From contig NC_134468.1 of the NCBI RefSeq assembly GCF_964194025.1, positions 50,034,001 to 50,098,000 of the forward strand: a stretch of 64,000 bases of DNA, given 5' to 3'. The position numbers and the translations under genes are program-made. How positions within the stretch are numbered: the first letter of the stretch is position 1; the number at the start of each line of letters is the position of its first letter. This document shows positions 1 to 13,699 of the stretch, piece after piece. Origin of the DNA: Convolutriloba macropyga (lineage: Eukaryota). The notes below the pieces were generated by a model that searched no databases, had not been told where the DNA came from, and worked only from the letters and a program-made list of their open reading frames with translations.

Positions 1-3000
1 GTGAAGTTTGATCCATTGTCAGAATTGATTAATTCGGGATATCCTTGTCGCGATACAAATCTTCTGATAGCTAGTAGGCAACTGTCTGTGTCCAATGTCT
101 GACAAACCTCCAGATGCACAGCTCTAGTGACAAGACAGGCGAAAAGACATACATATTGTTTTTCCAATTTGCGATTTCGGTGCTGTATGTAAAAGGGTCC
201 GAAAAAGTCTAACCCAACATTTAGAAAAGGATATTGTTTTTCTGCTTCTGCGAACCGGAAACTGGGGAGGTCGGCCGTTTGGGGTGTAAAATTTTGTGCT
301 CTCCATCGTCGGCAAACGAAACACCTTTTGCTTAGTTCTTTCAAAAATTGTCTTAGTCATATAATGATGAAATCTTGCAACATGTGTGCTCGGACGAACT
401 CTATTCCAAGATGTCTGCAGTCGTTGTGGGCTTGCTTAATGATTAGTTTAGTAATATAATTCTTAATATCAAGAATAATTGGATGTTTCTGGCTGTAGGG
501 TTTATTATCGTGCCTTAATCTGCCTCTTGCTCGTATTAAACCATCTTTGTCCAGGAAGGGAGTGATCTGTAGTAACTTGTCCTTTTTGTGTAGTTCATTT
601 TCCCATTCAAGGTTTCTTATGCTTTCAGAAATATTTTATGCTGTGATTGTCTCAATAGAAGATTTCGTGCGTCTTCATAACTGTTTGTGACTGGTCGTTT
701 TCGGAAGATATTGACTGTTTACATTACTGTTTCGGTTCGTCGCAAAAGTTTTTTCCAACTGAAGAAATCGTTAATGTGTAAAACTGTATCTGCAGTTTCT
801 GCACGTAAAATGTTTGTCGCTGTAAATTGCTGATCACTTTGAAAACTTGGAACAGGATTTTCTAGTAGAAATTTTGGCGCTAAAAGCCATTTTTCTTTCA
901 ATTCTGTTAAGAATAGTCGTCTTGTTCCGAGATCTGCAGGGTTGATTTTACCAGGTAAAAAATTTTATTGTTCTGACGGAGAGTTTGCTAAAATTTTTGC
1001 CATTCTATTTTTTACAAATTTTTCGGTGCTTTGTCGATTTAATCCAACCTAAAGTGGCCATACTGTCTGTTTAGAATTGCATTTTGTCAAATTGCACTGT
1101 TATTTCGCTTCCAACACAGGAAGCAAGTTCTGCTTCCATAGCTGCTGCTTCAAGTTCTAACTTCGGGATGGTTGTTGTTTTAATGGGTGTAGCTCTTTCT
1201 TTGCTAAGAACATATTGAGTTGTTATTTCTTCTGCGCTGCTTGATCTAATGTACATTGTCGCTGCTATTGCTTTACTGGATGCATCTCAAAACATGTGAA
1301 GTTCTTGCTTAGCATCTGAAATGGGGATCAGACATCTGATGAAAGAAAATTCTGGCATCCGTTCATATTCGTCTACCCACAAATCGTGTTGGAAATCTCT
1401 CGGCATCTGTTTATTCCAATTCTTGGTTTGTTTTACTATCGATTGAAGAATGCGTCGTACTCTAATAGAAAACGACGTGATGATTCCAAGTCGAACAATG
1501 AAGCGGCGGCTGACAGCAATTGACGTTTTTGCATGCGTTTGACTTCCAGTTTCAAGTCTGATCTTTTGAAGATGAAAATTTCTTCGTTTGCATTCCACAT
1601 TTGTCGTAAAATACGTTGCTCTTTCACTGTGTCTGCATTTTCTCTAGTTTTTTTCATGACCTTGCTTAGGTCGTTACTAAAAAACTTTGCAAGCCTAAAG
1701 CCACCTTTCTGTAACGTATCCTTTAGCTCTGTTTTTGTGATTGCTGCGTTTTCGGTTGTCCTGAAACTTTGAAGGTAATCATCCATGTAGAAATTGTTTA
1801 TTATGACTGCGTAGGATATGGGATTGCCTGATTTATTATTTTCTGCACATCTGTGGAGTTTATACATACTGCACATGAAGGGTAACAAGTTGCACCGAAT
1901 ATTAGTCTCTTGTACTTGAAAATTTTGTCTTCTTCATCTTTGTTGCACAAAAACCTGAGTGCGTCTTGGTCCTGTGATCGTATGGCAACTTGCATAAACA
2001 TCGCTTCGATATCACCGGTTACTGCAATTTTGTACTGTCGAAATCTCAGAAGAAGTCCAACAAGTCTGCATAGTAGATCCGGTCCGGTCAAAAGAGCTTT
2101 GCTAAGTGAATGTCCTTTGTATACCGAAGCTGCATTTGTGACTCGTTTTACCTTTTTCTTCAGTTTAAGTTCAACAGGGTGGTGTGAGAGATACCAAAGT
2201 TGTGAATTCATGAAATTGGGTTGACGTTGTGTCTCTTCAACAAATCTTTTTTCGATGTCTGCTTCGATGGTCTGGTTGTAACGACAAACTAAGTCTGGTT
2301 CCTGTTGAAATCGGTTTTCAAGCGGTTGTAATTGTGCTTTGACCAGAAAGTAGTTGTTCGGTAGTTTAGTGTCATCTTTCCAAGGTACTCCGATCTCATA
2401 ACGAGAATCGTTGTGTCTTGTCGTCCTTTTTAGTGGTTCAAGAGCTTTCCTGCCATGTGCTGTCAACGTCTTTTTTCCGCTCAATATTTTTTCCCTCCAT
2501 TGTCCAAAACATTTGAAGCGTTTCGTTCTCTATTTCCTGTTCCGGGTTTTTTATTCTGTTGTAAAGCGTGATGTTGTAATTGATCTCCTATTTTTTACTG
2601 GTTGACCTGTATTTCTGTGGTATTGGTGCTGTAACGGTCCATCCAGGCTGTGTCACGACTCCGTATGGCGTTCCTGGTGGCCCTGTTGCGAATATGAGTG
2701 ATTCCGTTGCTAAGAAGGCATCCGCTGCTATTAGAACTCCTATTCTGCTATCTCGTATTTTGGGAAATGTGATGTTATTAAGATGATTGTATTTGGCGCG
2801 GATAGAGTTCAACATCTCAACGGGTACATTCGGCAAGTAAAAATCAGATGCTGAAGTGGCGTACACCGGTAGATTGAAAAGAGGTCGGGTGCTGTTGAGT
2901 GATCCAATTTCCAGATGGACTTTAGTTTATGTTTTGATATGTTCTCCGTAAAGTGAAGAAATTGGTACTGCAATGTGATCTGTGTTTTTTATTCCAAGTC

Positions 3001-4235
3001 CTTTTGCCATTGAGTTTATGCTTTGTGTGTTGTTGCTCCCGCTATTCAAAAGAGCATATGTTTCTATCGATACATCATCTGTGTAAAGATTAACCGGAAT
3101 GGCTTGAAGTTGAATTTGAGATTGTATCCAGGAACTGATTTGGTTGTTGCTGCATGTGTGATTTTGTGGTCGTGGGTTGCTGTTCTTTTTGTTAAAATTT
3201 TGTTGCCTTTGGCTTTGATTTTGTGTGTCTGTTTGATTATGCGAATTTCCGTCGTTCTGTTGTCTCGAATTTGTATTTAGCATAAAATTGTTCGGGTTGC
3301 TATAATTTCAATTCAAGGTGCTTCCATTGTTGTTGTCGAGATTGTAATTCTGATTCAAACGGTTGGTGTTATTGTTATGGCTACAGGCATTACGTGTGTT
3401 GTTGTTATGATTGTAACCAACCACTCTTCTATAGTTGAATCCATGTGGATGAAACTGTGATCTGTTTGCGGTTATCTGTGTTTGGTATCCGATGTTCTGT
3501 TGACCACGATTGTTGTGACAATAGTTTGCAAAATGGTTTTGAACATGGTTGTTTGTTTGTTGTTGATGTTGTTGCTGTTGGTTCCTTTGCTGTTGCTGAG
3601 TTGGTGGAAATGATTGTGAACTGTTCAAGTTGTTTCTGTGAATTGTTGAGTGATGAAATCCGTTGCAGTTTTAGATGCGACATCGGTAATGACTGTTACA
3701 CTGTCCTTTTCGGTGTTCGGCCAGGCAGTTTAGGCAAATTTTTGGTTGTCTTACTGTTTGTTGTCTTTCGTTAATATCTTTATTGAGGAATTGGTAGCAT
3801 TTTCCTAAGTTGTGACTGTATCCACATAGAGGGCATCTTTTGTAACTTTGCTGTTGGAAGAGTCTGTTAGATCATATGTTGTTTTGCGTCCATTTTTTGT
3901 TCTTTTTGTGGTATTATTACTTAGTTGCTTTATTGACAGTTCGTCATAGAATATTTTTTGACACTATGTGTTTAACAAAATATTGGAGAGGATGTTGGCA
4001 AAATTATTTTCAGTTCTGCCGTTTTCAATTGATCTTTTTCTTGACTCACTACTCTAGTCTCAATAACAAAATTTAATATTGTTTTTTAATGAGGTGGAGC
4101 TGTTTAAAGTTTTGAGTTTACAGGTAATGGCTTTTTAACTTTGACAATTATCCTGTATAGAAAACATTTTGAATTTTACCTGCACTAGTTGACGTCTTTT
4201 GGCTTTCAATCTTAATAATTTAGTTTGTTCGATTT
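1..4235 (-). mobile_element. Degenerate BEL/Pao LTR retrotransposon (gag-protease-RT-RNaseH-integrase), runs off the left window edge
   Basis: Minus-strand fragments: gag zinc knuckle RCPLCGYSHNLGKC (~3790-3840), protease ALLNSGSNNT (2927-3283), RT WYLSHHPV / LLTGPDLL / DIEAMFMQV / FYMDD (1436-2484), RNaseH IPKLELEAA (1071-1256), integrase region near 1-400. Many frameshifts and stops. Right boundary approximate. Confidence 0.9.
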
Positions 4236-4355
4236 GTTAACGCTTTGTCCTGCTATTTTTTGTTATCATTACAGTTATATATTCCGGTATTGCATGGTAA
4301 ACATATAGGATACCACAATTTACTTCGTATAGAGCCGTAGATGTAATTTTTTCAG

Positions 4356-4441
4356 GTGCACAGGAGCTCCAAGAGACCCTGAGAGATGGTGTGTATCTGT
4401 GCAATCTGATCAACTGCATACAAGATGGATCTGTCAAAAAG
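4356..4441 (+). CDS. Host calponin/transgelin-family gene, internal coding exon (CH domain)
   Basis: tttttcAG acceptor ending at 4355. Phase-1 exon reads (x)AQELQETLRDGVYLCNLINCIQDGSVKK, the CH-domain L(K/R)DG.xLC.L.N motif. GT donor at 4442 (phase 0) matches the exon at 30211. Not in the ORF track. Confidence 0.85.
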
Positions 4442-7199
4442 GTATTCACCACTGAAGTTCGACTTATCATCGTTTAATCTGACGACAGAATTACATGTCT
4501 AAACAAGGCCTCATTATCACGGGAGGCTCGGTAATGTTTGTTGGCACATAATGTTCCGACCCAGTTCATCCAAATTTGTTTTCAAAGAGAATAACATATT
4601 TAAAGCAGTAATGTTAAAAGCAGTGAAGTTACTTTTTTAAATAAGACTGAACAAAAGCGAAACTGGTCAAAACGTTTGATTCAAAAAATGAAATCAACCC
4701 CAATAAAATTTTCATTAAAAAACCTATTTTGTCGAGGAAACACTTGATTTTGCCAGCACAAAATACGCAGCACCAACGCAGCACCAAAATAAAGCTACTG
4801 AGTGGTAGAAGACGCCAAAAAAGTTACTTTGATTTATGCGCGCATTATCAAAATGTAACAGCACGAATCTGAAGGGACGACAGAAAACAGCAGGCAAAGT
4901 ACTGAATTACAATCCGATGAAATGAATTCTATAAGGAATTGACAATCAACATCTTACTGGCAACATCGAACTATGAAAGTCAACAAAGCTCATTTGCTCA
5001 AAAATAAACAAACACAAACAAATCTGTAAAAATGTTTTAAAAACTTTATCTTAAAATTAGAAATGTCAAAAAATGGATACGAACAAAACTTGATCTCATT
5101 ATTGTTATTAAGCGTCCATACACAACACAACACAACAAATTAGTTGAAAATGAAAAAAAGGTTAATGGAAAAAGGGGAAACACTGAGAAATTTCGCAAAA
5201 ATGAGAACTTTTTAAAAATCAGGTGGCGTCAAAATCACAGAAAAAATATCGTGTGCTAAAGTCCTGAACCACAGCATAAAATACAAATTTAGATGGCATC
5301 AACCAACCATTAGCAGTTCACTTTGGTGAAAACGAGACAACAGAACAACAAATGAAGGCGAGATTCAGAAATCCACCAGAAACATTTGAAAAACAAATTG
5401 TACCTAAATTATTGAACGGGGCAGTTAAAAATGAAAGCCGATAACTTGATTAACCTTACTACACGGTGAATGAGAATTATCGTTTTTGAGAAAAATACAA
5501 AACTGTAAAAACCAAAAAAAAATCAATAGGAACTCAAAAAACAACTAATTTATTTTGTATGAAGTAGAGTGAAAGTCAAAAAGTCACCATAATGAAATCG
5601 TATCATTAATAAGCTTCATCGGAGTAGAATTCTTACTTATAAGACAATTCTTAAGACAATAAAATAACATTGAAAAAGGGGGCAAAACTCACAAATTTGC
5701 TTGTTTTTCAAAACAGGTTGCTTCAAAATTCTAGAACGCGTTGGCTATGGGTTGAAACGGATGGGTTGTATACTTAGGCGTCATTACCAAACGATAATTA
5801 ATCTGATGATTAATCAGATTGATCGATGCCGCAACAAAAATAACAACAAAAAGACACACAAATCGAAGACTAGGAGTTTTGAAAACAGATGAAAAAAGTA
5901 ATGAAAAACACTATGAACTCAAACACTTACTTACATTTAGTTATGCGTCAATGTAAAGAGAACTGTTATAAACGACATTACATGATACGACAGCAAAAAG
6001 AAAACTACATAACTTTGCGAGACTCAGAAGCTCACTGATATTTTTTGAGAACAAGTTGCGAGTAGTAAAAATTTTTATATATCGATTTTTACGTTTTAGT
6101 AGAGAACCAATGAGACCAGTTTTTAGTGAGAATAACAAAAAGGACGACAAAAAATAATTACAGAAACGGTCAAATTAGAAATCACAGGTATATGTTTTTT
6201 AGAAAACAATTTTCAAGTCACATAAACATTAATAGCCAATACAAAAAAATACAACGCTAAGGATACTATTTCTGAGGAAAAACACAAAAAGCACATTCTG
6301 AAAGACATAAAAAGCATGACCTATTATACAGAAATATCTATAGAAATATCCAAAGGCTGATTTAGAAATTTATTGACACCAATCAATAATGAAGTTAATT
6401 TACAAGAAAACAAAAGACAGCCAACCAAGACAATTTTGTGATAAACAAAAAAAAGTTGTTGTGAAATTCAGAAAAAAGTTACAAACTCAATTGATGGGTT
6501 CAAACTAAAAACAAATTGGAAAACTTAGAACATATGTTTGAACTTCGGAATAATTCTGAAAAGATTTGAGAAAAAGTACAGAGAAAAAAGAGCGAAATCG
6601 GTAGTCAAATTGTCGCTCGCAATTTGGTATTGTCTCAAAAAATGGAAAATTGCTTACAACAGTTTCACTTTCAAAGCCTTGTCAGTGAATTTGAGATTTC
6701 AAAATTGTTTTCTTCTCCCTCCATTGTTACAGCATGACTAAGTTTATAACTCCAAATTGATTTTTCATTGAAATAAAACAATAAAAAAGCGTAATTCGAT
6801 ATTAAACAAAACATAGCAAAACAAGTTCTGAAAAACTTTTCAAATAAAAAATACAAATTCTTGAGTAGACAAAATAAAAAGAAAAACCATCGTATATTTC
6901 GAGCAAGGTGGACAGAAATATAACTCACTCAGTTCAGAAATTTATCAACAAAAATGACTCATTTTTGGATAAAAAATCTAGACAAAGTAGAAAAGAGACA
7001 AGGATCGTTAGGCCATGCTTTCACGCAGTCTGTAATCATGCTGAAAATCGAGTTAAAGCTGATATTTGATTTTGCCCCCCCCCCCCTCACTAAGTCAGTC
7101 TCAGCTTCCAAACCGAGTCAGCCACTGAATCCGTCCGTCCCCATAAAATTAAGTAAAGTTTTTCTCAACTGAGTTACGGTAAACTCAAATTTGGGTACC

Positions 7200-7620
7200 T
7201 TAAGACAACATTTAGCTCAATTAAAGCATAACTGACTAGCATCCGGCAAACTGCTCTCAAAGGGAGGGCAAAAGCGGGGTGGGGTGCAACATTGAGAGGG
7301 GGTAACAGCGGGGGCAACAGTGGGGGGGGGGGCAACGGTTGGAGTGGGGTCAACTTCTAAGAACCGCCCTTCACACCATAAGTATAAGTCTCCAAAACAG
7401 TTCCTGTGAATCGCATATTCGGAGACTTGGGAGCTGAAGGGATCTAAGAGCTTTTAATGACCGCTGGGCGCTACATTTTCATCCGTTTTTGAGGACGAAA
7501 AATCAAATAGGTAAGACGAAAAATAAATCAAGCGGAAAATCGCATTAGAAAAGACCGACAGGACTAATATGAATACAAATTTTGTTTGAGAGCGATTAAA
7601 AAGAGCCGAGCAATGATCTA
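7200..7620. repeat. Unclassified dispersed repeat with G-rich core (related copies at ~61500-62030)
   Basis: Shared blocks agaaccgcccttcacaccata, tctccaaaacag and ccgtttttgaggacg recur at ~61560 and ~61820-61990. Confidence 0.6.
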
Positions 7621-7799
7621 TGAATAAAACCAAAAACCTTATATGAATCTGATGCAAAGTTTCTGTATTGGTGAAGTAGAAGACTACAGTATTCTCTCTC
7701 CGATCAAAAGTATTCATTACTGTTGGCTTTTTCATCTCTAATACGTAACTTATTGCTACCTTTCATTTTAATTAAAAGTCAATTTACTTCCTTTTGCCC

Positions 7800-8208
7800 T
7801 CTAAAAGTTTCTTCCATGAAACGCCAAAGCTCTGCTGAAGTTAGGGTTTCTATAACGAGATAAGGGTTGCGACTGTTGATGATTCTCTCTACCGTTCCAA
7901 TGCTAAGGTATATAATTGATACCGTTATTCGATCCGCTTGGTTCTATGGTTAATAGTTAGATGTTTCCAACTTCTAATAATTGTTGTTGGTAGCAATTTT
8001 CTGAGTTCATTTTAAGTTGCGCAGTTTGAGCTAGTTTTTCTCGTTATGATTGTGCTGAAGATCCTTGAATAGTGTCTTCGTAGATAGGTTGCGTGGCAAT
8101 TGAACTTTTTCAGGTCGAGGGCCGAGTATTGTATCGAGACTGATGTTCTCTTAGACCAAGAGTTACAGCCTTATTTGAGTTTGTCATTTCACACACTTCA
8201 GAGGAGGG
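7800..8208 (-). pseudogene. Second Gypsy gag fragment abutting an LTR
   Basis: Diverged copy of 11940-12356 (aaaagtttcttc.atgaaacgcca, gttaggg, tgtgctgaagatccttgaatagtgtc, gaggaggg). Confidence 0.75.
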
Positions 8209-8598
8209 TGTCGTACACTACTTGCAGTGTGCGCTGTACATCCCTTGCGCGTTCGCTTAGCAATTAACAATATAGTGATTCGCTTAGCAATTCAATTTAT
8301 TATTTCTGTTTCGCGATATCTGAGAATGAAGACGGTTGTCAAAGTTAATTGTTGGATTGAGCAACTGTACACGAGAAGCAAAAATGAAGAGAATGATTTT
8401 AACAGGTACTTGAAACACATGAAGAAATAACAGCTCCCCATGCGGGAAGTTTAATGCAAGATTTATACGTGAAAAAAGAACTGGTCAAGTTTATTAGTGA
8501 ACTGAACTTAACTTCTTAAAACAAGATTTTCAATAAATTAGGTACATTGTATTAAAGTTTACTGCACTAGATTAAGAATAAGGATATCAGGTATGACA
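8209..8598 (-). repeat. Gypsy 3' LTR
   Basis: TG...CA ends with short inverted termini; adjacent PPT; similar to 12426-12837. Confidence 0.8.
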
Positions 8599-11500
8599 AT
8601 TCCCCTTTGTTAACAAATTTTAAATTGCACAAATTTCACCGGTTAAATAAAACTAACCATTTACGTACTGGATATGAATAGCTAGTGTTGGTAAAAATTT
8701 AGGGAGTTCAATAGTTTGTAGCTTATTGTTTACTTTTATAATATTTCTTCGTCGAGATTCATATTGATTGCATCTGGGCTTTGATCTGCTGGGCGAATCC
8801 TTGTGTCTGCTGAAGAAACGATCCTGATGACCGAAAAAGCGATCGGATTTCGAATAGTTTCCAATTGAGTAGCGATGTCGACAATCAATTGAATCACACT
8901 TGGTTGATGTGATTCATTGTCTACTGCTTGCTTCTGACTTCTGTGGTATTTGACGCTAGTTGGGCAAGAATTCGTAGATTTGCCTGAAGAGTCGTCTTTC
9001 TCAAAGCCATAGAATTAAACCACTTATTCCCTTAAGTACCGCGTGTTCACTTGTGAGGGATGCATTAAGTGATTTAAAAAAGATTCTCCCCACTTTATCA
9101 AATGAGAGATATTGGGGGCTATCAGTGACCAGAGTGCTAATATTTCAGTTGGAGGGTGATCTGCGGGGAATGTTGGCTATCGTGTCAGTCGTAATTGATA
9201 CGCGGGGCGAAGCTCGTGTTGAAGAGGTGTGGAATTTGCCTCTCAAGAATGATGTTTTATCCATATTTGATGAATTTTAAGATGTTTGAATAGATTCGGG
9301 CGTTGTAGTGATTGAATTGCTGAGCAAGTGATGTTCAGCGTTAGAATGGTCAAAAAGCAGCTTTTATATTTTTACCAATTAAGCACGTGAAATAATTGAG
9401 TTAAATAAGGTACTAGCACTATTAGGAATGTGCTGTGCGGGTGTTATTGACAAGTTGTCAATACAACATTTTAAAAAAAGTAGTGGGTTTGTAGAAGCGA
9501 CAGACGCAAATTCATTGTTTTGCGGCGCAGAATGGGGTAATAATTTACTTTTTTCATTACGGAGTAATTTGTACCTGTTATTTGAGCTATGTCTGGATTG
9601 GTATTTGAATGCAAGTGTACGCGCGATGCGCGAGTGGTGTTTAAAATACAGGGATTAAATGAGTTTGAATTGGATATAGTGATTTGCGTGACGGGCATAA
9701 ATTTGTTTTGAAGCAAAAGAACACACGGTGAATGATCTGTAATCTGAATTCGGGAATTATATCAGGCTATTTTTCTAGTCGTGCTTTGACCGACAATGGA
9801 AAGTTGTGCGTACAGGCGATGCGCAATCAATGTAAGAAAATGTGGAATTCTCAATGAGTGAATTTCTTGTTGTATTTGGCTCTGTAAATGTTTTTTGCAA
9901 AAAAAGGTTATTAAATGAGTGGTTGAAATAAATTTTGAATTTTGTATAGTTTCACCATTAATATTTGACAATGTTGCGATTAAAAATTCCTCGTCGTGAG
10001 CTTTTTGCTGGTTGTTGTGGATTGCGGGATGTGTAATCCTATAAACCCATTTTAGCGCCGGGAAGATATTATATTTTAAAATGAAATGGTAAAAAAGCGG
10101 TCCACCCAACGTGACAAACGACTATTGTATGATTTGTTATAGTGGTGTTCTTTGGGTATAGATAGAAGTGTCCGATGATCAGTAATGATTGAAGCGCGAG
10201 CGAGAGGCATCACATTTGACAGGTGTTTCGAAATGAGGGTTAAAAACGTTTTCAGTGTGATCTGTGATGCGAATTTTAATGGCATTAAAGTGGGTAGTAT
10301 GTAGATCTGCACAGATGAATTTTTCTGATTTTCTAAGAATGGCTTGTAACTGATGACACAAATGGGCTAGGTTAGGTATAAATTTGCTAAGATAATGTAT
10401 AGAACCAAGAAATGACCTAAGTTCTTTTTAAGTATCTTTTGTGATTTAAGTGCACGAATGGCTGATTTGTTAGACTTTAGAGGCAAGAAACTTCATTGAG
10501 TTATATTATATCCGAGCCATAAGACTTAAGACTTTGCGAAAAGATACTTTGTTAAATTTTTTTTGAGGTTATCTGAAAAAAATTGTGTAAGACAGTCGAC
10601 CAATTTAAAGTGCTCATCCTCAGAACCTTCCTTTACTATCAAAAAATTGTAATAACTTATATAAATAAACTATCAAAAAATATAGAGTCTATTAATTTGT
10701 TTATGTTAGGCATTTGGTTTTTATTTTTTTGAAAAGATTTATCAAAAATATTCTAAATCAATTGTTACCTTTATGGTTTGATCTCGGTGAATGTTATGGA
10801 AGTTCGGTGAAATTTAGATTTCACAATATCTATTTTTTAGCAGCCAAGGAGGATATATAATTTAGGAAAATGTTCTGGTATTCGAAGCTCAATTTGCCAT
10901 TGTGTGGTAATGTGGTTGACAATAATACTTTCGGTGAAATTTAAAGTTTGATTGATAGAGATGCCAAGAGCGTCGAGGAGGTCTCGACCTATAAGTGGTT
11001 TTAGTCCATCAAGTACCACCACAAAACTGCGTCCTCTATTCGCCAACTATTACTGGATACTGGAGTTTCTATGATTCCTATTAGAGGAATTAGTTCATTG
11101 GAAAAAGTTTTGAAGTCCTTAGCATGTACTGTTTTTAACCATCGTGCAAGAGGGGAATTGTTCTCTATTTAAGTGACTACAGACTCATTCAGAATGCTGC
11201 ACACGCTTCCCGATTCAATGAAAAGTCCGATATATATGTTGCTTACTGTGAGTGTTGTGTTTAGAGGTTCAATTTGTAGAGACGAGCTTGCGATGCTGGC
11301 AACCATGTCATCTTCTGAGCTATCATAATCTGATTCGATTTAATGATTCTACTTGTTATCAATGATGGCGTTTACTGTATTGTCGGAATTAAACGTACTC
11401 TCTAAATTCTCTATTGCATTTACAGTAGAACCAGTATTTCGTTGGGAATAAGATTCTGCTCTGCGACTCGCACAAAGTGATTCTGTAGACCGCAATTATT

Positions 11501-12425
11501 GCAAGTTTCTGACGTTCGTGACACATTTATCCTTGAGATTTAAGGACCAAAGAAAGCCAACATTGCGATTGTTTTGTTTCTTGGTTTCAAATTGCGGTTG
11601 AAAATTTTGTCGTGCTTTGGCGTTGCGAACTGGGAGTTGAATTGTTATGGCATTGGCTTGCCGGGCGGATTGGCTGTTGGAGATTTGCGGCTAATTGCGA
11701 TTACAGAGTTCCATGTTGATGTCCAATCATAGGGCTTGGGCGCGGTCTAGAGTTCTCATTCAATTTATTTATCTTGTATGTTTGCGATAAATGGATCTCG
11801 TTTCGAAGTATTTTCTTGATTGCCCAACACACAATACTCTGACAATTCTTTTATTATTCCACAAATGCGCTATGCGCTCTCCTTTATCCTAAATCGTCTT
11901 GAGCAAAACGTAACAATCAGAAGCTGTATTTCGGGGCCGTATAAAAGTTTCTTCAATGAAACGCCATAAGCTCTGCTCAAGTTAGGGTATCTATCACGAG
12001 ATGCGGGTTGAGACTGTTGTTGATTCGTCGTCTCCCTTCTGTTCCAATGCTAAGATATATCATTGATACCGTTTTTCGATCCCCTTGGTTCCATGGTTTA
12101 TCCTCACACATAATTCCAATTTCTATTTGTCGTTGGCAGAGGTTTTCCCCGTTCTTTTCGGGGTGCGTATTTCGAGCTTTTCTTTCCCATTCTGATTGTG
12201 CTGAAGATCCTTGAATAGTGTCGTCGTAGATAGGTTTGCGTGGCAATTGGACATTTTCAGTTTGAAGGCCTACTAGTGTATGGAGAGTGATGTTCTCTTT
12301 TACCAAGAGGGCTAGCTTTAGTTGAGTTCGCCATTTCTCCCACTTGAGAGGAGGGTCTGAGCTTGGCTTCTCGTAGAAAAACTCGATGACTAAAGGGGTC
12401 CGCTTGTGAAAAGCTGGCTGCACCG

Positions 12426-12837
12426 CGTCGTACAGTAATCGAATTGTGTACTGTATATCCCTTGTGTGTTCGCTTAACAATTAAAAATATATTAATTTGC
12501 TTAGCAAATCAACTTACTAATTCTGTTTCGCGATATCTGAGAGTGGATACGGTTGTCAAAGTTAAATGTTGAATTGGGCAACTGTACACGAGAAGCAAGA
12601 TGAACAGAATGAGTTTAGTAGGTACTTGAACACCAATTGAACAAATACTTTAACAGGTACTTGAACAAATAACAGTTGCCAGTGAGGGAAGTTTATTGGT
12701 TGACATACACTTGAAACAATAACTGGTGAAGGGTGTTCGTGAACTGAACTTAACATCTTAAAATATGACCAATAAATTAAGTTCATTGTTATAAATTTTA
12801 CTGAACTAGGCTAGGAATATGGTTATCATGTATGACA
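12426..12837 (-). repeat. Gypsy 5' LTR
   Basis: Similar to 8209-8598; followed on the minus strand by PBS-like (C)GGTGCAGCCAGC and gag. Confidence 0.8.
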
Positions 12838-13510
12838 GGAACCAATCATTAAATACGCAGTGACTGTGTTGAATTTTTCTAAGACTTACAAGCTTTTGGC
12901 GGTATATGCAGTGAAAAAATTTTAGAGTTAAAGATGCATATTTGACCGCTTCTAACTTTCGATTTAATTGGTTTATAAAAAAGGGTAATAAATGCGTTGG
13001 CAGAACTGAACAAAATATTGCATTATCGGTATTCATCACAATTGACAGAATTATTTCTTACATAGGGGTTTTGTTTCTAACCACTGTAAACGCAAACAAT
13101 TGCTCCTTCTCGTTCACTTTTTGTCATACACCCCCTGATATTCCTAGTATTGTGTGCTGGTCATCACTTGACTAGTTCCACTGGGACCTATCGCGATGAC
13201 ATGTCAAGTTGTTTGTTTTTCTTCTGAGTGGCATAACTATTAATTGATTATTTTGAATCAACATGGGTTCTAAAAGCCTTCAGGGTATTCCTTGAAACAT
13301 ATCACTTTTGAGCCTTCCAGTCGTTACGGCGCAGCTAAGTTGTGTATAGAAAAAGATTAACCGTTATCGTAACAATGTATTTATTGTGGTAGCTGACAAG
13401 TAACAAAAAACTCATGTCACGATGTTATCCAATACATGTTTTTCACTATATTGTTTTCACATTCATTGCCAACGCAAGCCTTACAAAAATTCTAATCGGT
13501 AAAGGATGTC

Positions 13511-13633
13511 AGTAGTAAGATAATAGGGTACTAAGATAGGGGGGGTTATCCTTCGAATTAATACGTGTGATAATAGGGGGTTATCCTTGGCGGCGCTACA
13601 TGTAAAACAACGGCCGTGCGTGATACATGTAAA
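13511..13633 (+). repeat. Left terminal inverted repeat (123 bp)
   Basis: Reverse complement of 29941-30065 except a G7 vs G9 run. Internal repeats ATAGGGGG(GG)TTATCCTT x2 and TACATGTAAA x2. Confidence 0.97.
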
Positions 13634-13699
13634 TTGGCATGTAGGTTGTGCGGAAAAGCCTGACTAGAGTCATTTTTGAGTGAGCGTTCATAAAATCAT

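Larger units (their letters stand above)
8209..12837 (-). mobile_element. Degenerate Ty3/Gypsy LTR retrotransposon
   Basis: Two related LTRs (8209-8598, ~12426-12837) with TGTCGTAC...GTATGACA ends. Minus-strand polypurine tract at 8599-8610. gag KPSSDPPLKWEKW, protease remnant FIESGSVCS (~11200), RNaseH CDAS / TDHR / SRLSRWVDR (10080-10360). RT is partial and no integrase is recognisable. Confidence 0.85.

Noticed and set aside
2927-3780. Q/N-rich prion-like host protein
   Set aside because: Low-complexity linker between BEL gag and protease, broken by frameshifts; a similar linker is in the other BEL element (~53000-53340).
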